From a virus: a stretch of DNA of 64,000 nt. The notes beneath the pieces were generated by a model that had not been told where the DNA came from, made no database searches, and saw only the letters and a program-made list of their open reading frames with translations. Below, one piece after another: positions 27,248-41,200 of this stretch. A program made the position numbers and the translations under genes. The stretch's first letter is position 1; every line of letters starts with the position of its first letter. Location of the stretch: positions 53,569 to 117,568 of IMG/VR virus record IMGVR_UViG_3300025600_000001. One strand, given 5' to 3'.

Positions 27248-30200
27248 TTATTGCTGAACTCTTGGTTGACTTGTTACTACATATCCATGTTCTTTAGACC
27301 ATTCTGGGAATAGTAAAGGAGCATAATCTCTACCAAATTGTGATGCTCCAGGAATAATATTCATAAATTGTTTTAATGGATAATTTTTATTAGTTAATTC
27401 TTCATTATCTGTAACTGTTCCATATACTTCCTGACCTAGAGTATTTATTGCTTTCCATGCACTAGCAACAGTTCCTAATGCTGGAAGAAAACTACCCTTA
27501 GTCATTTGTGTAAATGAGAGAGGATTATAATAGAAATCAATTTCATTTTTTACTTTTATAAATACTTTAAGGAAATACTTATATTTATTTTTTGTGAGCA
27601 AGTCATCGTCATCATCAGGAACAGCAATTTTAGCTGCAAGCATTAATACTACAAGTCCTAATAATAGTCCAAGTTCTTTCATTTCATTCGAAAGAGTTTG
27701 TCTCATCATATTATAGAATTCCTCGTTAGTTATTTTTAGTTCTTTTCCATTTTTTTTATAATATTCCTGCTTTTTTTGTTCCAACATATCATCCAATATA
27801 GCAAGTCCTTTATCTGTACCATTAATAATATCTATCATTCTAAATACATTCCAATTAGCTGCCTGAATATAGGCTTTCATAAAAGCTCTTGCTCTACCAT
27901 ATCTCCATTCATGTAAAGTAGTATCATAGGTAATCTCGTGAGCTCTTACCTCTACTTGTTTTACAATCCAATTTCTAAACATAGCAAAAGATTTTAAAAG
28001 AATATCCCTTCTATAACCAGCTTTATTTTCCTGACTCATCTGACCATTTAGTTTTCTTCCCCATTCTACAATAGTTGTTCTAAATTTTGCAAGTTCTTCA
28101 TCAGAAATACCAGGAATAACAATTTGATCATCCTCTATTTTTACTATTTTATCTAATGATGATGATTCCTGTAATTCTTTTATTCTATCATCAAAAGTTT
28201 TTTCATAAGATTTTCTTTCCTCCTGAGACATAATAAAATTTCCTTGTTCATCTTTCGCATATCTTTTCTCATCCTGTTTCCTTAAATATTGTGGAATATT
28301 CACAATTCTTCCATTTATAATCATTGCATTATCAATAAAGGATAAAGCATTAGTAAATTGTAGATTTCTTTCAGGAAGATAATTGGTAGATTGCATTGCA
28401 TCCTGTATAGTCCATGTTCCTAACCATTTAATATATCCTTGTTTCCATGCAATTTTTCTTCTTGCTTCTGTATAAGGATCTCCATTTAAAGGAACAATTA
28501 AATCAAGAAGTCCTTTTTGTATTGTAGATAAATTTATTCCTGTAATTAATTTTATATGATTGGGAAAATAATTACCAAAATATGTATAGAATTCTCCATT
28601 ATTAATAAAAGATTGAAAATGATTACCAAAATAGTTAGGAACAGCAATTAGCCATCGAAGTCCCACAGCTATATTTTGTGTAAGAGAATTCATATTCTCA
28701 AATCCTTTTTTAATAGATACTACTTTATCATTTACTTTATCTTTATCTTTTGATAGTGTATTAGTAATAGATGTAAGATTTACAGTTCCTACAGATGAGT
28801 TATCTTCATGCTGTCCATAAATTTCATCATTAGTTTTTGTAATCATTAAATCAGCATTCTTATTACTAGTTAAATCTATTTTAGGGGATGTTCCTTCCCA
28901 TTCAATATCTCCATTTTTATCTACAACAACATGTCCTTTTGATTTTTCTACTTCTGTAAGTGTAAGTGCTGTCATTTCCAGATTCCTTGCTCTCTCATAT
29001 TCTAATAAGGATTTAATCCATAATGGAAACACTCTTGTCAAATCTCTGGAGAGTTGATGTAATTCCTTATCTGTTCTTGTAAATAATTTAGGAATCTTTA
29101 ATCTAGGTAAATTAGTATCAGGATCTGTAGAGGAATATTGGTTTTTTTCATTGATTCGTACAGTATAGAAATCTTGAAATAAATCTTTTGTTTCTGTTAA
29201 TATATTACCTGTAGCAGCTAATTTATTGAGCATGGAAGCTTCTATTAATGCAAAGAATGATAAACTACCATTAGGAATATATCCAGCTCTTATAGCTCTT
29301 TCATTTAATGCTGTTGCAAATTCCCACATAGCAAACGCTTCTTTATTTTTGATCATTTGTTTATAATCTTCTGATTGACGCAACTCTGTATTTCTTGCTT
29401 TATTAAATAAGTATGAAAAATTTTTATGATCATTATAGCCATCAAAAGAATCACTCCATATTTCAAGAGAATTTACTAATTGTTTTTTTGCATATTCTTT
29501 TCTTCTAATATTCTCATCTTCATCAGAAGAGTATTTTGTCAAATCAATTTCTTTTATACCATTTTCGATAGTTTCTTTTGCTATTTTAGTATACAATTCC
29601 ATATTTAAATTGTCTATCAGAAATTGTTTATTCTTTTCATTTTTTGCTTTTACCAATTCTTCTTTAAATTTATCATCTGTTTTTTCAATAAGATGCAGTT
29701 CTCCATTTTTTACTTTTGCAAATAAATCAAAAGCTGATTTTTCCATTGATTTTGCTCTTTCTTCCAAGGGTAATATTAATTTCTCAAATTCAGTGAGTAA
29801 TTTACCCATATTGATATTTGTATTACTTCTTGTGTCTAAGGACAATTTAGTAAAAAAATTCATAATGCTTGAATTAAGCATTCCTTCTTCTGATAAATAT
29901 CTGAATATACCTTTAATTTCTTTTTCAGGTAAAAGTATATCTTCTTTATTTTCTTCTGTACTATATCCTTTTAATATAGCATATTGTACGATAAACAGTC
30001 TCTGAAGTTCAGTGATTTTGGCAATCATTCTTTCTGTAGAGACTGCAATATCTACAAGTCCTGGAATTTTATTTCCTTTACTATCTATATAACCATTTAA
30101 AGTTTTCTTTTCTTCTTCTGATAAAGTTTCCTTTGGATGAATTATTAGAAATGTTTCATCAATTTTTGCAAATTTTCCTGCCCTTATTTTAAATTCTGTT

Positions 30201-32221
30201 AATTCTCTCTGTTTATCATCTAAGACTTTATCATCTAATTGTTTATAATCAATATCCTGAAATGTTTTAAAAGCTTCCTTAGCATCAATAAGAAATTTCT
30301 GTCCTATATTAGTTAAAGGAGTAAAGTCTAATTTTAATCTTAATACACGAATAGCTTTTGATAATTCTTTAAGTCTAATATCTTTTACAATTTTCTGTTC
30401 AGGTTCAACATGTAATTTCTGTAACTTTTCATAGTCAGCTTCTAATGCCAATATTAATGATTTTGCAGGATTATCTTTTAGTTCATCATCTGTAGGAACA
30501 GGAAGCAAATATAGATTTGTTTCTGTAAGACTATCTAATTTTCCTATTTCAATTGACGCTGCATATTGAAGATTCCCCTTTGTATCATATTTATAATTTA
30601 CCTGAAAAGGAATCATTCTTGATTTTCTTAATTGTGCTTGTGTAGCACCATAAAGCCTATCAATTTTATTGTATTCTCCCATTTGAGGAATCCAATCTTT
30701 TTTCTTAAACCAAGAAACATCTTCCTCTCTTGTTTTATCAATACTCATAAATTTCCAATCTAAGGTATCAATTCTGATATCTTCTTTTTCTTTAATTACA
30801 ACAGGTTCTATTGCTTTAAAATCCACTGTAGAAGCAAGCATTCCTTCTTCTTGGGTATTTATTACCTTTCTTTCGATGATAAATCTTGTTCCTGGAGCAT
30901 AAGAGTTTATTAGTTCTATTGCAAAATCTACAAGCTTCTTTTGAATTGCTGTATTGAGTTTACTTGTAATAGGAATATTGAGAAGAGTTTCTCTTTTATA
31001 ACCATCCTTGTCAATTAAATTATTGGTAATATAATTCTCCATAAAACTATGTCCTTCAATCCCCCAATCTCTTTTTTGATCATCTTCTAGTTTTTGTGAA
31101 GGAGTTCTGTCAGGCATTTTGTTACTTTCCTTAGTTTTCTCTGTAACACTCTTTGCTACTCTAACACCATCAAATGTATAATGCCTTTTATCAGTTACTG
31201 TTTCTGGATTTAATTCCAGTCTACTATCCATTTCAATTATCTTGTCATATAATTTATCTACAAGAGGATTTTTGATTTGGAGAAATACTCCTTCAGATGT
31301 AATATCATTGACTGTTCCTATATTTTCATTAAGAATTTTCTCTCCTACTAAATTAAAAATATCAATATTGGTTTTTTTGTATATTCCTTTTATGTAATCC
31401 TTAATGGCATTCCACCATTGTTGAACCATAGAAATGTTTTCCTCTTTAAGAAGTTCAGGAAAGTCTATTTTGTTTTCGGAGTTATTTATAATAATTTCTA
31501 CTATTAATTTATCAACTACTTCTTTCTTTATCTTTCTAATATCAGGTTTACCATTGGTCAGTTGATATTCTTTTCTTTTTCCATAAGTGGCTAATATTGT
31601 CTTATATATTTGAAACCTATCTATTTTCGATATAAGTTCTGTGATGAGTTTTGGATTGGTTTGTTCGAGTATAGATGTAGCTATGTGTACAATCTCTTCT
31701 GTAAGAGTTGCATCTTCTTTTCCCTGAGCAACTGCAACAACACCTTGCACAAGATCAGCTAGTCCATTTACTCCTTTAATATCCACATTAGGATTACCTT
31801 TCAAGTAGTCTTGTAAATTCTGAATATCAATTCCCATTTTCTTTGCAGCCTCTTTAATTTTAGAAAGAGTTTCTGGAGATGATTTAGAAGTAGGAACATC
31901 ATTAGTTTGAAACATGTAATCATTAGTAAATTCTTCTCCTACACGTTGAGTATCTTCAATTTGTATATTTGCTGCTTCTTTAGTTTCTATATTAGTAAAA
32001 AAAGCATGATATTTATCTACAAGTTCTGAAGGAATATCAATTACTACTTTATTAGTATAATTATTCTCTCCCTCAAAAACTTTTATAACATCAGCATTAT
32101 AAGAAGAGTTAATCTCTTTAGCTTTTTGTTGAGCAATTTTTAAGTTTGCTCCTTCTAATTCCACTGCTCTTTTAGTAATTTGTTCTTCAAGAGTTTGTCT
32201 GATATTAATTTTACAAGCCAT
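27248..32221 (-). CDS. large virion cargo/ejection protein with zincin-like and PD-(D/E)xK-like segments
   Basis: 1657 aa, next to the RNAP; EEIVH motif; ASTVDF..LDWKF. Confidence 0.7.
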   Translation of the reverse strand: MACKINIRQTLEEQITKRAVELEGANLKIAQQKAKEINSSYNADVIKVFEGENNYTNKVVIDIPSELVDKYHAFFTNIETKEAANIQIEDTQRVGEEFTNDYMFQTNDVPTSKSSPETLSKIKEAAKKMGIDIQNLQDYLKGNPNVDIKGVNGLADLVQGVVAVAQGKEDATLTEEIVHIATSILEQTNPKLITELISKIDRFQIYKTILATYGKRKEYQLTNGKPDIRKIKKEVVDKLIVEIIINNSENKIDFPELLKEENISMVQQWWNAIKDYIKGIYKKTNIDIFNLVGEKILNENIGTVNDITSEGVFLQIKNPLVDKLYDKIIEMDSRLELNPETVTDKRHYTFDGVRVAKSVTEKTKESNKMPDRTPSQKLEDDQKRDWGIEGHSFMENYITNNLIDKDGYKRETLLNIPITSKLNTAIQKKLVDFAIELINSYAPGTRFIIERKVINTQEEGMLASTVDFKAIEPVVIKEKEDIRIDTLDWKFMSIDKTREEDVSWFKKKDWIPQMGEYNKIDRLYGATQAQLRKSRMIPFQVNYKYDTKGNLQYAASIEIGKLDSLTETNLYLLPVPTDDELKDNPAKSLILALEADYEKLQKLHVEPEQKIVKDIRLKELSKAIRVLRLKLDFTPLTNIGQKFLIDAKEAFKTFQDIDYKQLDDKVLDDKQRELTEFKIRAGKFAKIDETFLIIHPKETLSEEEKKTLNGYIDSKGNKIPGLVDIAVSTERMIAKITELQRLFIVQYAILKGYSTEENKEDILLPEKEIKGIFRYLSEEGMLNSSIMNFFTKLSLDTRSNTNINMGKLLTEFEKLILPLEERAKSMEKSAFDLFAKVKNGELHLIEKTDDKFKEELVKAKNEKNKQFLIDNLNMELYTKIAKETIENGIKEIDLTKYSSDEDENIRRKEYAKKQLVNSLEIWSDSFDGYNDHKNFSYLFNKARNTELRQSEDYKQMIKNKEAFAMWEFATALNERAIRAGYIPNGSLSFFALIEASMLNKLAATGNILTETKDLFQDFYTVRINEKNQYSSTDPDTNLPRLKIPKLFTRTDKELHQLSRDLTRVFPLWIKSLLEYERARNLEMTALTLTEVEKSKGHVVVDKNGDIEWEGTSPKIDLTSNKNADLMITKTNDEIYGQHEDNSSVGTVNLTSITNTLSKDKDKVNDKVVSIKKGFENMNSLTQNIAVGLRWLIAVPNYFGNHFQSFINNGEFYTYFGNYFPNHIKLITGINLSTIQKGLLDLIVPLNGDPYTEARRKIAWKQGYIKWLGTWTIQDAMQSTNYLPERNLQFTNALSFIDNAMIINGRIVNIPQYLRKQDEKRYAKDEQGNFIMSQEERKSYEKTFDDRIKELQESSSLDKIVKIEDDQIVIPGISDEELAKFRTTIVEWGRKLNGQMSQENKAGYRRDILLKSFAMFRNWIVKQVEVRAHEITYDTTLHEWRYGRARAFMKAYIQAANWNVFRMIDIINGTDKGLAILDDMLEQKKQEYYKKNGKELKITNEEFYNMMRQTLSNEMKELGLLLGLVVLMLAAKIAVPDDDDDLLTKNKYKYFLKVFIKVKNEIDFYYNPLSFTQMTKGSFLPALGTVASAWKAINTLGQEVYGTVTDNEELTNKNYPLKQFMNIIPGASQFGRDYAPLLFPEWSKEHGYVVTSQPRVQQ

Positions 32222-32224
32222 GTT

Positions 32225-35200
32225 TTAACATTTAATAGGAGGTCTTTTAATTTCTGGTAATCCTTCTGGTGCACCTGTTAATAATTCTTTAATCTCCTGA
32301 GAAGATAATTTTGATACTATTTCATTAATAGGAGCATTTTTTAATACTTCAAATTCTATAGCTGCAGCACCATCTTTGAATCTGTCTATAACTTTAACAT
32401 CATCTGCTCTCCATCCCTCTTTACTCCAAGTTCCTTTCCATCCTATAGTTCCTTTAGGATGTATAGCAGTAACTTTAGCATAAATAGTTTTAGTTGTACC
32501 ATCTGCAGATTTACCAAAGTTTTTAATAGTGTCTCCTATCTTAATTTTATATTTAGCCATTTCAGATTCACTTCTTGTGGTTCTTGTTCTAAATCCAGCA
32601 TCAATCATATCAATAGAATGAGGATTATTTCCTAATACCTTCTTAACTTCATCATTCGCAGTAGTTAAAGAACCATAAGACTCAATACCTGAAATTTTAT
32701 TTTGAGGAATATCTGCCATAGACTTAGTATTTAATAATTCATTAATAGGAGCATTTGCTGTTATTTCTTTTTCTCCTGCAAGAATATCTGTAATTATGTA
32801 ATCTTCCACTTCATTATATTTATCAAATCCATTATCAAGAACAGATTGTTGTCCTAATGTTGAGAGAGGATTATTAATCAATCCATCATATAATTCCTGA
32901 GCTTTATAACTATCACCCCAAGCATTGATCGCTTTGTAAATATACTTGGTATATATTATTCCTGTTTTCTTATCAATATTACTGAGAATCATTGGCGATC
33001 CATCAGAATTATATACTTTTTTCATCAAAGCTTTATGTATATGATTTCTGTCTCCAGTTTTTCTTGCTACTATTCTATTTTTCTTAGAAATATAAGTTTC
33101 CCATGAATAGACGATAAATTCATCTCTTGCTTCATAGGGGTTTAAGCCTACTAATTTTGGAATAATACCATCATCCATTGCTTTTTGTAGTTTTCTTTTT
33201 GGATCAAGAAACATATTTGCATCTTTCCAAACCTTTATTCCAGAAACATCTGTAATAGGTTTCATATTTGCTCTAATGAAAGACGTAACATTCTCGTTAT
33301 TCCAATTGTTTCTTTCAAAAACATTTAATCTGCTAAAGTTAGATAAATTAGACATTGTTTCCAAACTGGAAAGTGTTTCATTATAAATGGCTACAAAATC
33401 ATTATAAGGAAGTAAACTAGTAAAAGCAATTGGTGAATTTGTAAGACCACTTTGTAATACAACAAGTCTTACAAGTTTTCCATATAAATCTTTGTTTTCA
33501 TCCTTGAGTACTTTCTTTAATTCTTCAAATCCATAGATAATTAAATTTTGATCATATACATTATCTCTTCCAGTAATAACTAAATTATTTACTTTCCCTA
33601 ATTTATCTCCTCCCTGTTGTTTGATCTTTCTAAGAATTAAATTATTATATAAAGGATGTTTAGGATTTGCTAACACTTCGTCTCTATATGCAATAATTTG
33701 TTCTGCAGCACTTTTCTCAGAAGAGTTTCCTAAGAGAATACTTGCTATTTTATTATTTACTCTTGTACTATTCTGCATAGCCCAATCAAACATGTTACTA
33801 ACAGCAGTTTGACTTATTTTTATAAAATCTTTAGAAGATGTGTCTACATAGGAGCGAAGAACATCTTCCATAACTCTTCTCATATTGGGTTTATCCGCAA
33901 TCAGTATTTCTGCAAAAGCATCTTTAATATCAAAAATTAGATCTTTAAGAGGACCAACAAACGAACTCTTTAATATATTATCAACTGCTGGAACAACATT
34001 ATTGTTTTCATCAAGACTACTAAATATAGTTTTTTGAGCTTTCTTTAATTGTTCCTGTTTCTGGAATATTAAGAATGAATCATTTAAGTTTGCTGTATCA
34101 TAGTTACTGGCTTGTGTTACTGTGAACATCTGTTGAGTCATTTTAGCATATTTTGTAAATTCCCCTAATATAAATTGTTGTTGATTTTTTTGTTTATTAG
34201 TAAGATCTTTTGTTTTTTTACCTATCATGTCGAACAACTCTCCTTCAGATGGTAATTCTGTTTCATCTGCCATTTGTTCCTGAACATTATATATATCTAT
34301 CATATCAGAAAAGATATTATCAACGAAAAGCCAGGAATATCCTTTATTTTCAATATTACGTAAATAGTCTTTTATAATTGGTTGGTTTAGAAAATACGCT
34401 ACAGATTCTTTACTTACACCACTATCTAATAAGAATAATGCTGTAGCAATAACATTAGGAGTAAATCCTAATTCTATTAACCATGTACCATTTGATACAT
34501 CCACTGCACCATCTATAATAGCACTATTTACATTAGAAATAAAATCCTTTCCATTATCACTTTTTATTTTAGAGAGTACTGCTACTTTCTTACCATTAAT
34601 AATTTCTGAATTATATTCCTTAAATTTAATCTCTCCATCTCCTAACCATTTCTTATCTTCAGGAGTAATTTTAGAAGTATCACTATAAACAAGTGTACGT
34701 TGTCTTTGTGAATGACTCGCTTGTCCTACGGCAGCAATACCAATGATTTGCTTACCTGTCACAAAAGCATGTCTTAAATAGGACATAAATGACCATTTTA
34801 ACATGTTTCCTGGAGATGAATAATCAATTTCTTTTCTTCCTAATTTAGCATTTATTTTTTTTGTTAAGTCTTTTAAATCCTTTGCAGAATTAGGTCGTGT
34901 TAATTGTGCAAAATTTAAAGGATGTGATGTGATTCTTTCAAGAGATTGTATGTATTCATTCTCTAAAGATTTTTTATACATCAAATCAATTATCATTTCA
35001 CGTTCTCCTTCTTCTATTACAGAATCCATGAAATCTTCTGTAATTTCTTCTTCTGTAAATACACCAAGTTCTCCAAATAACGATTGTATAAATTGATGTC
35101 CAGGAGCTATTCCTTCTGCCTGAATTTCTGCTTGCAATTCCTGATATAATTTTTTAGAAAGAAATTCTCCCTTATCAAACATTTCACCAAATTTCTGTTT

Positions 35201-38200
35201 GGCTTGTTCTCCTATTCCTAAATATGGAACTGCTTTTATATTTCCTTTATTATCCTTATAAACATTCTTTAAATAGACAAATAGTTTATCCACATCAAAG
35301 TCACTTCCCACTTTTCTAACTAAAGCAGAAGAAACCACAACACTATCACCAAAATCTTTAGGAAGGAATTTTTCTATTTTGAATACATCAATTGAATTCT
35401 TATCTTGTGTTGGAATCCTAAATGCAATCCCTCCTAATATCTTCTGACCTTCAGGGGTATTATTTAAATAATTAAGAAGTTCCTCATCAGAGAGAAGACT
35501 ATCAAACCATCTTGACGCCATAATACCACATACTCTCTTTCCATCTTCATCTATGTACCAACTTAAAACATCTGATGTATATATAGTTTTACCATTATCA
35601 AGTGTTTCTTTTACTATTTTATTTTCCTCCAGAAGGGTTGAAGAAATTTGTACAAGTTGTTTACCATTAATTTTAGGACGTACAACATTCTTATCAGCAA
35701 TAGAATATAAAATATTTCTAATTTGTTTGTAAATAGGTGTAGCTTCCAATACTACTTTTCCATCTTCAAATCCTTCAAGAGCATCTACAATATTACTATT
35801 TACTTCTTGTTTTAATACTTCATCTTTAAGAGTAGTGATTAATTTTTTAACATTAGTTATTTTAAATCCTTTGTTAGTTTTCTCAATCCCAAGTTTTTTT
35901 AATAAAGTCTGATAACCATGAAGTTGTTTAGCCTCCAATAATTCCTGATTATGAGTAATCTCTTTTCCAAGTTCTATATCTATAGGAACACCCATTTCTA
36001 TAAGATCCATTGTAGCCTCTTTTGTCATCTGACTACCTGTAGTAACTGAATGACCTTCTTTAGAGGGAACTTCTGATTGTGTAGATATAATTGAGAATGG
36101 TACATTAGTCACTCCTTGAAGAGAAGTAGGATTATCTATTTGCTGTTTAGTTTCAAATGGAGTATCATTAAATTTCTCTCCAATATATAATTGATGAATA
36201 ACTTCTGCCCCTACTTTTCTTCCTGATTTATACACTGCATAATTTACTTGTTCATTTTCTAACTTATTATAAAATCTTACGGCATTTGAATTTGGATTTA
36301 ATTCATGTAGTATTCTAAAAGAATGTACCACCATAGCTATCTTATCAAGAATAAGATCATTATAATTTCTTCCATTTTCTTTATTTCCTCTTATAATAGG
36401 TTTTTTTGGTGTATATGTACTTTTTATATTAGGATTCTTTCCAATATAAGATACACTACTATCTTTATTTGTTCTCTTCTTTATTTCAAAAGCTTTTTCT
36501 TTTTCACTAAGAGTTAATCCTCGTCTTGCTCTTTCTTGATTAGAAAGATTTTCTCCTTGTACTGTTTTTTGATAAGCAATGTCATATCTAAATTGCTGTT
36601 CGTTATCATCAGTCCAGGTTCCTGCTCTTAAACCAAATATTCTATTAGCTTTTAATGCAATAATAGCACCACCATCAGTTTCTTCCCAAGGAGTTGTATA
36701 ACCTTCTGAATCATTAGCACTTTCTACATCAGCAAGTGTAACAGTTCTATAATATTCCTGTTTAAAATCTGTCCAGCCAATATCTTTTTTTTCAAATCCT
36801 TCATTATATTCTCTGTCAAGAGTTTCACTAAAAGATTTATTACTATGTATTAATGGTTGTGCTGGAGAACTAAAACTTTTAACACGTTTTAATTCTTGTG
36901 AATATTGATAAGGATCTGAATAAATTAGTTTATGAAATTCAATGTTAGCAATGATATAATTAGTAGTCAACACTTGTAATTTCGTATTTAGAATTTTTTG
37001 AGTTAAATCTACATCCTGAGAAAATAAAAAGTTTTCTGCTATTATATTCTCTTCACTACCTTCAATAAGTCCATATTCTCTTAAAAGATTTTCTTTATCT
37101 TTTGATTCTATTTCAATGAATAATTTTATAGCAGCATTAATTTCAGATTTATTATCTTCATATACTTTTTCAGAAGATTCTTTATTAGCTATCACTTTTC
37201 TATGAAGTGTTTCTCCTAATATATCTTTGAAAAATCTAAGATCAGTAGCACTTTTTCCTTTTACAACATGTCTATTATCTCTGGAAAGCTCTATCTCTGA
37301 AATAAAATAATTCTTGAATATTTCAATATATCTTTTTTCCAGAAAGTCTTCTTCTGAAACAAAAGGATCATTAGAGTTATGCAATCTTGTTCCCCATTCC
37401 ATTGATGCATCTCCAGGAACCAGTGTAAGATATATACCATCAGAATTTAAATTTAATTCCTGAAGAAGTCTTTGTCTATATTTTAGTCTGGAGGATTCGT
37501 TTTTCTTTCCTGTTTGTTCATCTATTAAACCATCTGCCACTTGTGTATGAAGAATGTTATCTGTATTACTTCTTCTTGCTCCTTTTCCTGTAGATGATAT
37601 ATTGAATATCTTTTGCAATACTACTGAACTACTTACAATTTTAGTTCCTACACGTTTAGATGTAAATACATCTGTAAGAAGATATTTGTATCTTGTATCT
37701 TTTAAATCATCAATGTTCTTCACCTTACTGATTATATCATGTAAATCACTTCCTGTATTGGTTCCAATATAAGTTTGTGTCTTTTCTCCATTTACATTAA
37801 AATATGTACTATCATATTCTGGATATTCAATAATTGCCTGAATAGTTCCAAGTCTTAATAAATCTCCTTCGATATTTAATGTTTTTGAAGAAAGTGTAAT
37901 CAGACTATAGTCTATAGGTTTCTTAGTCTCATTATCATACACTTGTTTTCCTTCTTTATTTAGAAGAGGTTTCATTTTAGAGAAACTGGTCTGAATTCCT
38001 TCTATAGCACTTTTGAATACATCTTTCTGATTAGATGTGAGATGATTTATATCTTTAAATTTGAAATCAATATTTAGATTTTTTAAGAAGTTGATATAAC
38101 TTTGAATATCTGTTAACTTGTAATCTGTTAATATTTTTGTTATTGTATATTTTCCTGTCTTTCCTTCATATGAGAAATAAGGAGTTTTGTCATTCTTAAT

Positions 38201-41200
38201 AACATCTACTAATGTATAGAACAAACTTTTCTTAGATTGTCTTGCTACACTATTTAATGCACTATCAGCAATCTGTACTTCACCATCGGGTTGAATAAAT
38301 ACACTTATTACATCTGCATTCTGTTTTTTCATTGCACTCCAGAAAGCTCCTATTAATTGTATGTCATGTCCTTTTAAATTAGTAAAATCAAACTTTTGTC
38401 CTTCAGAAGGACTCAGTTTAGTAATACGTTTATATAAAGCAACGTAACTTGGATTCTTTAAAGCAAAATCATTAAACTTTGAAAACATATCTTCTGGATC
38501 AATTGCATCATATAATTGATTTAATAATTGAATATTTACTACATCTGCTGCTAAAAGTTTTACACCACCAATTGTAGAAGGAGTCCAAGATGTTCCGTTT
38601 GTTGTTTGTGCCACTGTTCCAAATAGAAGTTTAATAGCTATATGAGCTTTTCTAAAACTATCAATTTTGTTTGCTGCCTGATAATCTCCTTTTCCAGAGT
38701 TCTCATCATCATTAATTATAACATCATCATTCTCGTCAAATTTGATATTAGAAGACAATAGACGTTCCTGATGTGCTTTAGCAATACTATCCCATTGTTT
38801 CTCAACAGTATTGTATAAAGTTTCTATATTGTTGTATTCATGAGTAGCTTGTTTAGCAGAGTATTTACCATTAGCAATACCATCTTCTACAGTATCACCT
38901 ATAGCTCCTATATAGTCTAAAATCTCTTCTTTTAATCTATTGTACAGTTCTGTTTTCTTTTTCTTAAAGTTTTCAGAAACAGTGAATAAACTTTTATTAT
39001 TGAGTGTCAATTCAGTAATGGTACTATATGTCATTTGCTGTAAGATATCATGCAACTGTACATATGGAATTTCTTTCACTCTACTAAATTCTGCATGTTG
39101 TCCTGCAAATACATCTTCTATATCAATTATTCCTTTAGATGTATAATTCAATTTACTTTCATAAGGATTAAACTGTGTATAGTATCCGTTACCAATTTTA
39201 TCAAATAATTTTTGAGTATTATTAATTGCATCTTTTCCTGTAAAGAAATGAACAATAAAATTCTTTAAATCATAAAATAGTTTACTAATCCAAGATTTAC
39301 CTAAATTTCTTTCAACAAGTTTACCTGTAAGTCTAAAATCCCTAAACTCTTCAGAAAGTTCCTCTTTTAATTCAGCCTCTGTAGCTTTAGAATATTCAAT
39401 ATTTTCTCCTGTAATCCTATCCTGATAACTTCCTTGTCTATTTCTAAACTCATTTATAATAAGGGATTTTTCTTTTGGTCCAGCAAACATTTTCCATACA
39501 GCTTCAAATACCTCATGATATCCTGTACCAATTTCGGCATTCTCATAAATATAAATAGCTCCATCTTGAAAAATACCCCAAGCTTGTTTTCCATTTGTTG
39601 CCTGAATAATATTTTTTACTCTATATACAGGAATATTTGGAAAAGCAGTTTTTAGAAATTCTTCCAGTTTTGTCCAGTTTTCTCCTTCAAAATCATTAAT
39701 CGTTTTAGCAAGTCTTGCTTCAAATTCTGGATTAGAAGGTTTTACTCCTCTTTTTCTATTTTTAAAAGCTGAAGATTCATTAGAGGTTGTATCATTAATT
39801 GCTGGTTCAACAGGAATAGCATATGCTATTAATTGTGGTTTTAATTTATTAAGAATAGATGCACCAATAATATCTCTAGCTTTTTCTTCTGTAAAACCTT
39901 TTTGTGTTATTAATACTTGTACTAATTCACCATTGAATGTAGGAGTGAATCCTTCTTTTCCTTCAGATGCTATATATTTTTTTGCATCAAGTTTAAATGT
40001 TGTACTACCAAATGTTCCTATTTGAATAGTATTATCTTTAACACCATCTAATACAAATTCCTCAGTTTTTCTTTCTTCTACTTTCTCTATAGGTGTAGCA
40101 ACATGATCATCTATTGTACTTGTTATTGTAAAATAAATGTTCTTTCTATTAAAATCATCTTCTCCTTTTATAGGTCTAAATTGTGTAACAAGAGGAATCT
40201 CTTCAGTTTTTCTTTGACTACCATCAGGATTTGTATTAGAAAGTAAATAGGTTTGATAATTTGTCCATTCTCTCATAATAGGTTCTCCTTGACCATCTAT
40301 TCCTATTAGTTCAGAATATTTAACTGATGTAGGTTTATTTATTTGTGTAGCATTAGTATTATTGTACAATTCCTTAATAAGAAGGATAATATCATTTTTT
40401 GCATTAAGAAGTCCTGTTGGTGTAAATGTAAATCCTTCTGTATTCTTTCCTGATATTTTTAATTTTGAAACTGGTTTACCGTTTTCAATTATATCTTCAA
40501 ACCAAATATTATTATATCCTGCGGGTTTAGGTTCTTTGGTAGTAAAGTCTTTTGCTATTCCCCAATAAACAGTGGTACGTAACCAATTAAAAAGTCTATC
40601 AGATTTGGTTCCCTTTTTAACTGACCCTTCTTCCTGAGCGTTCTTGGTAATCTGAAGAAGACCATCAAATATTGTATTTGCTTCTTTGTCAGAAAACTTT
40701 CTATTAAAAAGTTTAGCAAGTCCTATTCCAGGAATTTTTAATACAACAGCACCAGTAAATAGTTTAAATGTAACACTACCTTCTGTAATATTATCATTTG
40801 TTGTTAATACTTTTATCACTTGTGTTTCTCCTAGCATTTCTGGAGATACAAGTCCTGAATCTTCTACAGGAGTTCTTGCAGAATAATCAATAATCTCTTT
40901 ACCATTTTCATCTAATCTTGTTACATATTCCACTGTTCCAAAAGAAGGAGTAAAGTCATATGATTTTCCTAATTTATCTTGAATAAGAATCTGTTTTCTT
41001 CGTTCTGCATATTGTAATTCTAATTCCCTTCTTATATCTTCAGGAGTATCATCCCTAAACATAGTTTCAGAAACATCATGATTACTGCTATCTTTATATG
41101 TAGCTGTAAGATGAGGATGTCCTTTTGCATCAAGTTTAGGAAGAGGTCTTACCTGAAATAATGCATATTCAAGAGGATTTGTATTCTCTTCTAAAGGATC

